Assembly (NCBI RefSeq): GCF_000025125.1
Contig: NC_013771.1
Span: forward strand, 1,290,001 to 1,322,000
DNA length: 32,000 nucleotides
Direction: 5' to 3'
DNA from: Candidatus Atelocyanobacterium thalassa isolate ALOHA
GTDB taxonomy: Bacteria > Cyanobacteriota > Cyanobacteriia > Cyanobacteriales > Microcystaceae
Part shown: piece by piece, positions 18,280 through 27,410 of the stretch
How positions within the stretch are numbered: position 1 is the stretch's first letter
Layout: each line of letters begins with the position of its first letter
Made by a program: the position numbers and the translations under genes
The notes under the pieces: model-generated
The model's input: only the letters and a program-made list of their open reading frames with translations
What the model was told of the DNA's origin: nothing
The model's database searches: none

Positions 18280-19404
18280 GTGATGGATTCCAGCATTTCT
18301 CAAGATTTACTAAAAACACCCATACATGATCTTCTCGTTGAGAAAAAAGCCAAAATGATAAATTTTTTTGGTTGGCATATGCCTATTCAATTTAGTGGTA
18401 TTCAAGTAGAACACAATGCTGTTAGAAATAGTGTTGGAATATTTGATGTTTCTCATATGGGTAAACTTTTAATAGAAGGGGATGATTTAGTTCCTTTATT
18501 ACAATCTCTAGTTCCATCAGATATTAAGAAGCTAGCTCCTGGAAAAGCACAATATACAACATTTTTAAACTCTGCTGGTGGAATAATAGACGACATTATT
18601 ATTTATTATCAAAACTCTAGAAAAGCTTTGATAATAACTAATTCATCTACAAAAGATAAGGACATAAAATGGATTAAGTTAAATGCAGAATCTACTTCAA
18701 TCAAAATAACAGATTTATCTCAGGAAAAAGTTTTACTAGCGATTCAAGGACCACAAGCTTTAAAGAAGTTACAGTTATTTGTTGATATTGACATAACAAA
18801 CTTATCTTTTTTTGAACATATAGAAACTGAAATATTAGGATGTTCTGCTTTTATATCTCGTACAGGATATACAGGTGAAGACGGTTTTGAGGTAATGGTC
18901 TCTAATGTAATAGGAAAAAAATTATGGAAATTGCTTGTTGATGATGAAAAAGTAGTACCTTGTGGTTTGGGAGCTAGAGACACTTTGCGTTTAGAAGCAT
19001 CTATGTGTTTATATGGCCAAGATATTAATGATAATACTACTCCTTTAGAAGCTGGTTTGCATAAGTTGGTACATCTAGATAGTAAAGGTGATTTTATTGG
19101 ACGAGAGGTATTAGAGAAACAAACCAACGAAGGGGTTGGTAAGTTATTGGTAGTATTAGAGATGGAGGGTAAACAAATTGCTCGTCGTGGATATAATATT
19201 TTTTCTCATGGTAAACAGGTAAGTACAATAACTAGTGGCACATTTATTCCAACAATAAAAAAAGCTTTATCGTTTGCTTACCTTCCTATTCATTTGAGTC
19301 AAGTAGGAACAACAGTTGAAGTAGAGATAAGAAAAAAGTTTTATTCAGCAAAAGTTATTCAAAAAACATTGTATAAATCTAAAAAAAAGAAAAATAAACA
19401 ATAA
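18280..19404 (+). CDS. gcvT: glycine cleavage system aminomethyltransferase (T protein)
   Basis: 374 aa. Motifs FGWHMPIQF, AVRNSVGIFDVSHMGK, RTGYTGEDGFE and GLGARDTLRLEA. The ATG at 18283 is a likelier start than the GTG at 18280. The C-terminus is a Lys-rich tail encoded by an A8 run. Confidence 0.93.
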   Translation: MMDSSISQDLLKTPIHDLLVEKKAKMINFFGWHMPIQFSGIQVEHNAVRNSVGIFDVSHMGKLLIEGDDLVPLLQSLVPSDIKKLAPGKAQYTTFLNSAGGIIDDIIIYYQNSRKALIITNSSTKDKDIKWIKLNAESTSIKITDLSQEKVLLAIQGPQALKKLQLFVDIDITNLSFFEHIETEILGCSAFISRTGYTGEDGFEVMVSNVIGKKLWKLLVDDEKVVPCGLGARDTLRLEASMCLYGQDINDNTTPLEAGLHKLVHLDSKGDFIGREVLEKQTNEGVGKLLVVLEMEGKQIARRGYNIFSHGKQVSTITSGTFIPTIKKALSFAYLPIHLSQVGTTVEVEIRKKFYSAKVIQKTLYKSKKKKNKQ

Positions 19405-19458
19405 CATATTCTTTTTTAGAATTATTCAACAATTAAGGCTAATACTAATGTTACTAAT

Positions 19459-20862
19459 TTGTTTTATATGAAAAGTTCTCGTCTACTCTGGTTAATTATT
19501 AGTATAAGTTTCCTCATCTTATTTGGATGTTCCAGTTTAAGACATTCACTTTTTCAGTCCAATGCCCTAGATTTAGGTTGGTTTGATCAAACTTTTTATT
19601 TAATTAGTCAAGGAATTGAACCTATTGTATCTTTCTCCGATAATCATATTTTAGGAGACCATGCAGCAATTATTGTATATCCTTTATCATTACTCTATGC
19701 AGTTTATCCAAATGTATATTGGCTATTAATTATTCAGTCATGTGCATTGTCAATAACTATTTTACCTTTATGGAAACTATCAAAACAAGCTAATTTGTCT
19801 GATGGCTCATCTCTGATTGTAGTATTAATATATTTATTTTATCCACTAACTTTTAATGTTAACTTATTCGACTTTCATACAGAAATTATTGCCTTGCCTG
19901 CTATTGTATGGTCAATTTTCGCAGCAAAGTCAAACTTTAAATTACAGTTTATATTTTCAATTCTATTAATTTTAAGTTGCAAGGCAGTATTATCGTTGAC
20001 AGTAATTGGAATGGGAATTTGGCTGTTTTTTAATGAGAGAAAGAGAGAATATGGTATTTTTGCATTGTTTACAGGAATAATATGGTTCATCATTGCGACA
20101 CAGTCTATTATTCCTCACTTTAATAATGGTGAAGTTGCAGCTGTAGGAAGATATTCATTTTTAGGAAGTTCAGTTTTTAATATCATCACTAACTTATTCG
20201 TTAATCCACAAATCATTTTTAGTCATGTCTGGAACTTAGCAAATTTAGAATATATTTTCTTACTATTTATTCCTATAATTTGGTATTTGAACCCTTATTA
20301 TTTTGGTGTTTTAATACCTACTATTCCTAGTTTAGTTTTAAATTTATTAACGGATTATCAACCACAAAAAGATTTAATTCATCAGTATTCTGTTCCAATA
20401 ATACCATTTTTATTGTTACTAGTTATTACTTCTATGCAACATAAAAAAAGAACGACTACTTTTACTAAATACACATTAGTTTGGTCATTGCTAAGTTTTT
20501 TAACATTGGCAAAATTTGATTTCTTTATTTCTAAATATATTAAACAAGCAGGAAGTTTGTCAGCCATGAGAGAAGCTGTGGAATTAATACCTCCAAAGGT
20601 TAAAGTATTGACATCCCCGCAATTTGCACCTCATTTAGGCCATCGTTCTATTATAAAATTAGCTATTAAAGATCAAGAGCCTATTGATATTAATAATTTT
20701 GATCATATCTTATTAAATGTACGTTATCCTGGTTGGGAAAACTCTAGAGATACAGTTGATAATTTAGTAAAAAAAATAAAAAATGATTTAAATTTTAAAA
20801 TAGAATATAGTCACAAAGATATTATTTTATTTAAGAAAAATATCAATGATTTGAAAATTTGA
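19459..20862 (+). CDS. polytopic membrane protein, DUF2079 family (GT-C-like predicted glycosyltransferase)
   Basis: 467 aa with about 10 or more TM helices. The N-terminal NALDLGWFDQTFYLISQG motif is characteristic of DUF2079. The ATG at 19468 is a likelier start than the TTG at 19459. Confidence 0.6.
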   Translation: MFYMKSSRLLWLIISISFLILFGCSSLRHSLFQSNALDLGWFDQTFYLISQGIEPIVSFSDNHILGDHAAIIVYPLSLLYAVYPNVYWLLIIQSCALSITILPLWKLSKQANLSDGSSLIVVLIYLFYPLTFNVNLFDFHTEIIALPAIVWSIFAAKSNFKLQFIFSILLILSCKAVLSLTVIGMGIWLFFNERKREYGIFALFTGIIWFIIATQSIIPHFNNGEVAAVGRYSFLGSSVFNIITNLFVNPQIIFSHVWNLANLEYIFLLFIPIIWYLNPYYFGVLIPTIPSLVLNLLTDYQPQKDLIHQYSVPIIPFLLLLVITSMQHKKRTTTFTKYTLVWSLLSFLTLAKFDFFISKYIKQAGSLSAMREAVELIPPKVKVLTSPQFAPHLGHRSIIKLAIKDQEPIDINNFDHILLNVRYPGWENSRDTVDNLVKKIKNDLNFKIEYSHKDIILFKKNINDLKI

Positions 20863-21326
20863 TTTATATCAATAAAATCATCAAACTATTTTTAATAATT
20901 GTAAAAGTAATATTCTAAGAATTAATGGAGAGAACTCCGTTGATAAAATTCGTAAAGATATTACCAATAATTTAATAAGTTAAGTTTAATTATCCTTTGA
21001 AGTGACGAAAATGATAGATATTGATTACTCTGATCCTAAGCGATTATATATCTACTACTAGTAAATTTTAATTTATTTTTGATAAATTAAAATTAGATGT
21101 TTCAAAAATAAAGTAAATTGTTAACATTATGGATTTAATGTGTAAATATGATAAACACTAATACTCAGAGTAGTTATATATATAAATCACGGCACAAAAA
21201 TTAATAATAACTAAACTTCAATTATTTATATATTTGAGACATTTATGAAAGTTGTCTCTCAAATATCAAGCAAAATGCGTTAGACTGTTTTAAATTTAGT
21301 ACTATTCTATTTAAATTTTAATAATC

Positions 21327-22253
21327 GTGTTTATAAGCATTGTCATTCCGACCTACAATCGTAAACCAATCTTAGAAAAATGTCTTTATGCATTAGAAAA
21401 ACAAAGATTTACTGATAGTAAAGTTAATACTTATGAAATAGTTCTCGTTGATGATGGCTCTACGGATGGAACTTTAGAATGGTTAAATAAAAATACAAAT
21501 GATTTTCCTCATGTTCATTGTTTTGTTCAAAATCATCTTGGCCCCGCGTCAGCAAGAAATTTAGGTATAGAAAAAGCAAAGGGAGACATAATAATTTTTA
21601 TTGATAGTGATCTGGTTGTGACTAAGTCATTTCTACAATCACATGCAGATGCATTGGTAAAAGGCGAGGAAAAATTAGGCAATGATCGCTTATTTACCTA
21701 TGGTTCAGTTATTAATACGTGTAATTTTAATAACCCAACTGCGGAAGCTTATAAAGTGACTGATTTTTCTGCTGCTTTTTTTGCTACTGGTAATGTAGCG
21801 ATTGCTCGAAAATGGCTAGAAAAAGCAGGACTATTTGATATAAGTTTTAAACAATACGGATGGGAAGACCTAGAGTTAGGCGTAAGATTGAAAAAATTGG
21901 GATTGAAGTTGATTAAGTGTCCTGAGGCAGTTGGTTATCATTGGCACCCAGCTTTTAATTTAAAACAAATTCCTAGTCTCATTAATCAAGAAATTGAAAG
22001 AGGGAAAATGGGAGTTTTATTTTATCAGAAGCATCCTACTTTTGAAGTTCGTCTGATGATTCAAATGACATTGTTTCATAAAGTTTTATGGGGAATATTA
22101 TCTCTAGGTGGAACTTTGAATGAAAACACTTTATCGCCTATTCTACAGTGGTTTATTAATCGTGGAAAACCACAAATAGCATTAGAAATCGCTCGTATTT
22201 TTCTTAACTGGTACAATGTAAAAGCTGTATATAAAGCTTATCAAGATATATAG
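21327..22253 (+). CDS. family 2 glycosyltransferase
   Basis: 308 aa. Motifs ISIVIPTYNR, VDDGSTDGT, the DxD segment IFIDSDL, and GWEDLELGVRL. GTG start. Confidence 0.85.
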   Translation: MFISIVIPTYNRKPILEKCLYALEKQRFTDSKVNTYEIVLVDDGSTDGTLEWLNKNTNDFPHVHCFVQNHLGPASARNLGIEKAKGDIIIFIDSDLVVTKSFLQSHADALVKGEEKLGNDRLFTYGSVINTCNFNNPTAEAYKVTDFSAAFFATGNVAIARKWLEKAGLFDISFKQYGWEDLELGVRLKKLGLKLIKCPEAVGYHWHPAFNLKQIPSLINQEIERGKMGVLFYQKHPTFEVRLMIQMTLFHKVLWGILSLGGTLNENTLSPILQWFINRGKPQIALEIARIFLNWYNVKAVYKAYQDI

Positions 22254-22484
22254 GAGCCGGCTTTTTATTGCTATTACAAAAACAATTTCTAGTAATTAGA
22301 TTAGATAACTAATTATTAAAAATTTTAATTAATATGCTAAAAAACTATGAATTTTTAGTATTTAATTATTTTATATAGCTATTAGTCAATGTTTTAGATA
22401 TTCAGTATTTAAGAGTATTAAACTCTGCTAACTTTTTTATGTAAATTATTGTTTTTTATTACTAATAAACTAATAACATAAACT

Positions 22485-22545
22485 TTGAAACTTAATGAAT
22501 TAGAAAATAATTATATTAATTATCTTCTAATTCATTAAGTTTCAA
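22485..22545 (-). terminator. long hairpin spanning the mutS stop codon
   Basis: 21-bp perfect inverted repeat TTGAAACTTAATGAATTAGAA (22485-22505) / TTCTAATTCATTAAGTTTCAA (22525-22545) with a 19-nt loop. The right arm encodes the mutS residues LKLNELE (the final ILKLNELEDN minus the terminal DN), and the stop (22516-22518) sits in the loop. Confidence 0.6.
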
Positions 22546-25080
22546 TATAATTCTGCTAGATTGACTAACCTTTTCCATAATTTTTTTAGCCCTTGTAGTT
22601 ACGGAAGAAGGCAGGCCAGCTAATTTAGCAACTTCAATTCCATAAGACTTTTTAGCTCCTCCTGGACGAATTTGGTGAAGAAATATGAGACTATCTGGTT
22701 TTTCTTCAACTATAGTTTGGAAATTAGCTACCCTAGAAACTTTAGATGCTAGTTCATTTAATTCATGATAATGAGTTGCAAATATAGTCTTTCCTCCAAT
22801 CTCTTCACTTAGATACTCTGCTATAGCCCAGGCTATGGAAAGCCCATCAAAAGTTGATGTTCCTCTACCAACTTCATCTAATAAGATTAATGATTTTTCT
22901 GTTGCATGATTGAGTATATTAGCAGTTTCATTCATTTCTACCATAAAAGTTGACTGTCCAGTTGCCAAATCATCTACTGCTCCTACACGTGTAAAAATGC
23001 GGTCAGCAATGCCTATCTGTGCAGAAGTAGCTGGAACAAAACTTCCAGCCTGTGCTAACAGCTGAATAACTCCTATTTGTCTCAGGTAGCAGCTTTTTCC
23101 ACTGGAGTTAGGGCCTGTCAAAATAATTAGATTAGGTTCTTCTAATACTTTGCTAGAACTTTTGAGAGAAACTGAATTAGGCACGAAAGAGCCAGGAGGC
23201 AACAATTCTTCAACTACTGGGTGTCTACCATTATTGATTTTTAATAATTGATCTTCTAAAATTTGAGGGCGACAGTAATTCTTTTCAACAGCAGTTATCG
23301 CAAAACTTAATAAAATATCAATAGCTGCTATAGACTTAGCAATTTGGTAAACTGCATATCCTTTTTTTGCTACTTTTGAGCGTAGCTCTGTAAAAACTTT
23401 ATACTCTAACTTTTTAAGATTTTTTTGTGCATTTAAAATACGAACTTCTCGTTCTTTTAGCTCGGGAGTAATAAAACGCTCTTCATTAGTTAATGTTTGT
23501 CTTCTGATAAAATAAGCTGGGGCTTGACTTGCTTTACTACGAGGTAGACTTATATAAAAGCCAAAAGATTTACTATAACTAACTTTGAGAGAAGCAATAC
23601 CCGTTTTTTGTCTTTCTGTTGCCTCTAGATTAGATAACCATTCACGATCATCTTCTATTTGACTTCTCATGTTATCCAACTCTGCATTAACTCCATCCTT
23701 AATAATTCCTCCTTCTTTTAATTTTACAGGAAGAGATTCTATTAAGTGACTACGAATATATATACCAAGCTTCTCTAATTCTTTAGGCGTATTCTGTAAA
23801 GCTTTAAAATAAAAGGACTTACCTCGATGTGCAAGTTTTGACAGGTCTTTTAGTTTTAATAATGAATTAGCTAGGCAAGATAAATGTCTAGCATTGGCTG
23901 TCTCTGAAGTAACTTTAGTACTAATCCTCTCTAAGTCATGAATACTAGCTAATAATTTTTTAAGATCATGTCTTAATGTGATATCCTCTACTAATTCTTC
24001 AACTGTGTCCTGTCTTTCAGTTATTCTTTCAATACTTAATAAAGGCTCTATCAACCAACGCTGTAGATCACGAGCACCCATAGAAGTCTTAGGTTTTTGA
24101 ATAGTTGATAATAAAGAACCTTTAAAAATAGAGTTTTTAATAGTTTTTGTTATTTCTAAATTACGACGTGTCTGATAATCTATGATCAGGAAATCATTTA
24201 AATTATAATTTTTTGGTAGTTGTAGTGTAAGTTGTTGATCTATTTGGGTATCTTCTATATATTTAAGAAGTCCTCCTGCAGCACTAATAGCTAAGGGCAA
24301 ATCATGACAACCCATCCCTTCTAGAGAACTGACTTTAAAAGCATTTAAAAGTTTTTCCCTCGCAGTATTTAAATCAAAAGTTGTCTTTGTCCTCAATGAA
24401 TAACAAAAACAATCTGGAAAAGCATCTATCAACAGTGAAGATTCTTCTCCAGGACGTATCATCCTACCAGAATCTATATCATTTGCTGGAATAATAACTT
24501 CTGCTGGCTGTAATCTAAGCAGTTCTGATTTAAGATTTGACAAATCTACTCCCTGAGTAGTACAAAATTCTCCTGTAGATATATCTGCATAAGCAAGTCC
24601 CCATAAATTATCTCTTATTGTTAATGCTACTAAAAAGTTACTATTTTCTGGTACTAATAATTCATCATCCATCAAAGTTCCTGGGGTCAACAATTTAGTT
24701 ACACGTCTTTCTACCATTCGTCCTTGAGATAATGCTTCTAAGGAATCTTCCACTTGATCACAAATTGCTATGGAATATCCTCTATCTATAAGTAGTTTGG
24801 CATAGCGGTCTAGTGAGTGATGAGGAAAACCTGTTAAAGCAATTCTCCCAATTTTTTTCCCAGCTTCTTTACTGGTCAAGAATGTTCCAACTTCTTTAGA
24901 AACGGTTACGGCATCTTGAAAGAAACATTCAAAAAAGTCTCCTACTCTGTATAACAGCAAACTAGAAATGTACTCTTCTTTAATGTTGATGTAATGACGA
25001 TACATTGGAGTTAGATCTTCAAAGTCTAAGAGCCGATGATCGGTATGGGGAGATACATTGCTTCTTTTTGAATTGTACAT
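22516..25080 (-). CDS. mutS: DNA mismatch repair protein MutS
   Basis: 854 aa. N-terminal mismatch-binding region TPMYRHYINIKEEY...LLYRVGDFFECF; Walker A TGPNSSGKS; LLDEVGRGTSTFDGLSIA; and FATHYHEL. Confidence 0.95.
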   Translation of the reverse strand: MYNSKRSNVSPHTDHRLLDFEDLTPMYRHYINIKEEYISSLLLYRVGDFFECFFQDAVTVSKEVGTFLTSKEAGKKIGRIALTGFPHHSLDRYAKLLIDRGYSIAICDQVEDSLEALSQGRMVERRVTKLLTPGTLMDDELLVPENSNFLVALTIRDNLWGLAYADISTGEFCTTQGVDLSNLKSELLRLQPAEVIIPANDIDSGRMIRPGEESSLLIDAFPDCFCYSLRTKTTFDLNTAREKLLNAFKVSSLEGMGCHDLPLAISAAGGLLKYIEDTQIDQQLTLQLPKNYNLNDFLIIDYQTRRNLEITKTIKNSIFKGSLLSTIQKPKTSMGARDLQRWLIEPLLSIERITERQDTVEELVEDITLRHDLKKLLASIHDLERISTKVTSETANARHLSCLANSLLKLKDLSKLAHRGKSFYFKALQNTPKELEKLGIYIRSHLIESLPVKLKEGGIIKDGVNAELDNMRSQIEDDREWLSNLEATERQKTGIASLKVSYSKSFGFYISLPRSKASQAPAYFIRRQTLTNEERFITPELKEREVRILNAQKNLKKLEYKVFTELRSKVAKKGYAVYQIAKSIAAIDILLSFAITAVEKNYCRPQILEDQLLKINNGRHPVVEELLPPGSFVPNSVSLKSSSKVLEEPNLIILTGPNSSGKSCYLRQIGVIQLLAQAGSFVPATSAQIGIADRIFTRVGAVDDLATGQSTFMVEMNETANILNHATEKSLILLDEVGRGTSTFDGLSIAWAIAEYLSEEIGGKTIFATHYHELNELASKVSRVANFQTIVEEKPDSLIFLHQIRPGGAKKSYGIEVAKLAGLPSSVTTRAKKIMEKVSQSSRIILKLNELEDN

Positions 25081-25334
25081 AATCTATCCTCTACTTAGTG
25101 TTAGCATACTACTGGATTTGGGGAAATGAACTTTTTTGCGTAAAACAATCTTACAACATGCTCTTTGTCAAGAAAACTATTCAGATTTAAGCTGTTTTCT
25201 TGATAAGAACTTTGAATATTTACTGCTAAGATGTAATCGCAATAAAACTAGATAAACAATTATAATATATTGAAGGCTTAAATTTAAAGCATTAACAATT
25301 AAAATATCCTTTAATAAGTATAGAGAAAACAATT

Positions 25335-26069
25335 ATGGCAAATGAAGAACAAAAAATGGAAATAAATACGGAAACTTCTGAACTAAAATCAGTATATGAT
25401 TCTTCTGTTAAGGCTGAGGAGGATAAAGAAGTTAAAACCTCTAATTCCGATGAAAACTTAGTAGTTAATCAAGATATCGAATCAGTAGAATCTGAAGCAG
25501 AAGCCGAAAAAAACTTAATTCCTGATCTAACTGAAAAAATAAACAATCTAGAGACTAAATTACAAGAAAGTAATCAAAAGTATGAAACACTCAATAATAA
25601 TCACCTTCGACTTAATGCAGAATTTGATAACTATCGTAAACGCTCAGTAAAAGAAAAAGAAGATTTAGAAATTAAAGTAAAATGTAAAACGATCAGTGAT
25701 CTATTATCCGTTGTAGATAACTTTGAACGTGCTCGTAATTCAATTAGCCCAGCTAATGACGGAGAAGCAGCTATACACAAAAGTTATCAAGGAGTATATA
25801 AAACACTAGTAGACAGTCTTAAACGTTTAGGTGTTGGACCTATGCGCCCTGAAGGGGAAATCTTTAACCCCTTGTATCATGAAGCTATGTTGCGGGAATA
25901 TACTGATGAATATCCAGAAGGAACTATTATTGAAGAGTTAATGCGTGGTTACATACTAGGTGAGCAAGTATTAAGACACTCAATGGTGAAAGTTGCTGCA
26001 CCTAAAACTTCTAATTCTTCAGACTCAGAAAATAATTTAGGAAGAGAAGAGAAAGAATCAGAGGAATAA
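25335..26069 (+). CDS. grpE: nucleotide exchange factor GrpE
   Basis: 244 aa. Acidic N-terminal extension, coiled-coil [21 protein letters not shown], and the C-terminal beta-domain FNPLYHEAM ... [16 protein letters not shown]. Confidence 0.93.
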   Translation: MANEEQKMEINTETSELKSVYDSSVKAEEDKEVKTSNSDENLVVNQDIESVESEAEAEKNLIPDLTEKINNLETKLQESNQKYETLNNNHLRLNAEFDNYRKRSVKEKEDLEIKVKCKTISDLLSVVDNFERARNSISPANDGEAAIHKSYQGVYKTLVDSLKRLGVGPMRPEGEIFNPLYHEAMLREYTDEYPEGTIIEELMRGYILGEQVLRHSMVKVAAPKTSNSSDSENNLGREEKESEE

Positions 26070-26072
26070 GAA

Positions 26073-26126
26073 AAATAAATTAACCTTATATAGAAAATGT
26101 ATTTCCCATATAAGGTTAATTTATTT
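26073..26126. terminator. bidirectional hairpin between grpE and the K+ channel gene
   Basis: 19-bp perfect inverted repeat AAATAAATTAACCTTATAT (26073-26091) / ATATAAGGTTAATTTATTT (26108-26126) with a 16-nt loop, lying between convergent stops (26069 and 26157). Confidence 0.6.
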
Positions 26127-26156
26127 CAAAATAAACAATATTTATTTTTTGAAGTT

Positions 26157-27245
26157 TTATAGATTTTTAAAATTATTCTGATTTCTTGGTGGTTTTAAGT
26201 TAGCAGAACGATTAATGGGTCCTAGTATTTGATTAAGTTGACGTAACTGTTCAGGAGTACCCATACAAATAAGTAAGTCTCCTGCCATCAGTTCTGTTTC
26301 TCCTGTTGGACCACCCAGCAAGGCACCATCAGAACGCCGAATAGCTAAAACTAATGCTCCTGATTGAAGCCTAAGTCTTGCTTCACTTAAAGTTTGTCCT
26401 ACACAAGGACAATACTTAGGATCAACGAGAAATTCTTCCATATAAAATGTACGATCACTGCCGGTCAGAATACCATCTACAAAATCCATAACTTGGGGTC
26501 TTAAAGCGGCAGAAGCTAGCCTTTTTCCTCCTGTAATATAAGGTGAAACAACTGCATCAGCTCCAGCTCTTTGCAATTTAAGAACGGCTTCTTCGGTACT
26601 AGCTCTAGCAATTGCTCTAATTTTTGGATTCAAAGTTTTAGCAGAAAGTACAGTGTAAAGATTTTCTGCATCAGAAGTTAAAGCAGAAACTAGACAAACT
26701 GCCTTATCTATTTTTGCGTTTATTAGACATTCATCTAAAGTAGCATCCCCTTGAATCACTATATAACCTAATTGTTTTGCCTCTTCCACTTGTTCAGGTC
26801 GAGAATCAATGATAACAAAAGGAACGTCCTCGGCAGTAAATTCTAATGCAACTTGGCGAGCAGTACGTCCATAACCACAAACAATACAGTGATGTTCTAA
26901 AGTATCTATCAAACGCTTCTCCTGTCTTTGTCGAATTCCTTCTTGAAAATAGCCTTGAATTAACGCTTCTGTTAAACGATTAACAATATAACCAATAGTG
27001 ATAACCCCCATCGAAATGAGAAGAATAGTAAATAGTTTAGAATTATCATCTAAGGGGTGAACTTCTGAGAAACCCACTGTAGAAAGGGTTATCATGGTCA
27101 TATAAGCTGCTTCTGTTAATGACCATCTCTCGATTAAATAATACCAAAGTGTCCCAGAAAGAAAAACTCCTCCTAAAGCAAATGCTCCACCAATCAATTC
27201 TTTCCGTAGTCGTTGATATTTTTCTTCAAAAGAGTATAGAGCCAT
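26157..27245 (-). CDS. 2TM pore-loop cation channel with cytosolic RCK (TrkA-N plus TrkA-C) domains, MthK-like
   Basis: 362 aa. TM1, pore helix plus filter TLSTVGFSE, TM2, then a Rossmann segment IVCGYGRTARQV and a TrkA-C-like C-terminal domain. Confidence 0.8.
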   Translation of the reverse strand: MALYSFEEKYQRLRKELIGGAFALGGVFLSGTLWYYLIERWSLTEAAYMTMITLSTVGFSEVHPLDDNSKLFTILLISMGVITIGYIVNRLTEALIQGYFQEGIRQRQEKRLIDTLEHHCIVCGYGRTARQVALEFTAEDVPFVIIDSRPEQVEEAKQLGYIVIQGDATLDECLINAKIDKAVCLVSALTSDAENLYTVLSAKTLNPKIRAIARASTEEAVLKLQRAGADAVVSPYITGGKRLASAALRPQVMDFVDGILTGSDRTFYMEEFLVDPKYCPCVGQTLSEARLRLQSGALVLAIRRSDGALLGGPTGETELMAGDLLICMGTPEQLRQLNQILGPINRSANLKPPRNQNNFKNL

Positions 27246-27410
27246 AAAAAAACAGCAGAAAATATGAACAGTTATCTCTAAAATATTTAATTAAATAATA
27301 TTTAGAATAAAATTATTTAATATAGTATTTTTATGTTCTGATTAGTTTTGAGGGTAACCATAATAATTAAAAAACTTATATAAAATCAAAATTATTACTA
27401 TATATTAATA

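Noticed and set aside
18744-19127. 127-aa antisense ORF within gcvT, and a 135-aa antisense ORF within the TrmH gene (30293..30700).
   Set aside because: Both are unusually long for an AT-rich genome, but they lie exactly opposite strongly supported genes. They have Ser/Pro/Lys-skewed composition typical of complementary-frame artefacts and no recognisable domain or start context.
19375-19404. The Lys-rich GcvT tail (KSKKKKNKQ) encoded by an A8 run, considered as a third frameshift site.
   Set aside because: The frame ends normally within a few codons and no extended alternative frame follows. The protein is already full length, so this is just AT-driven tail extension.
25081-25140. CIRCE-like heat-shock operator near grpE (TTAGTGTTAGCATAC).
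   Set aside because: It does not fit TTAGCACTC-N9-GAGTGCTAA, and no inverted partner is present.
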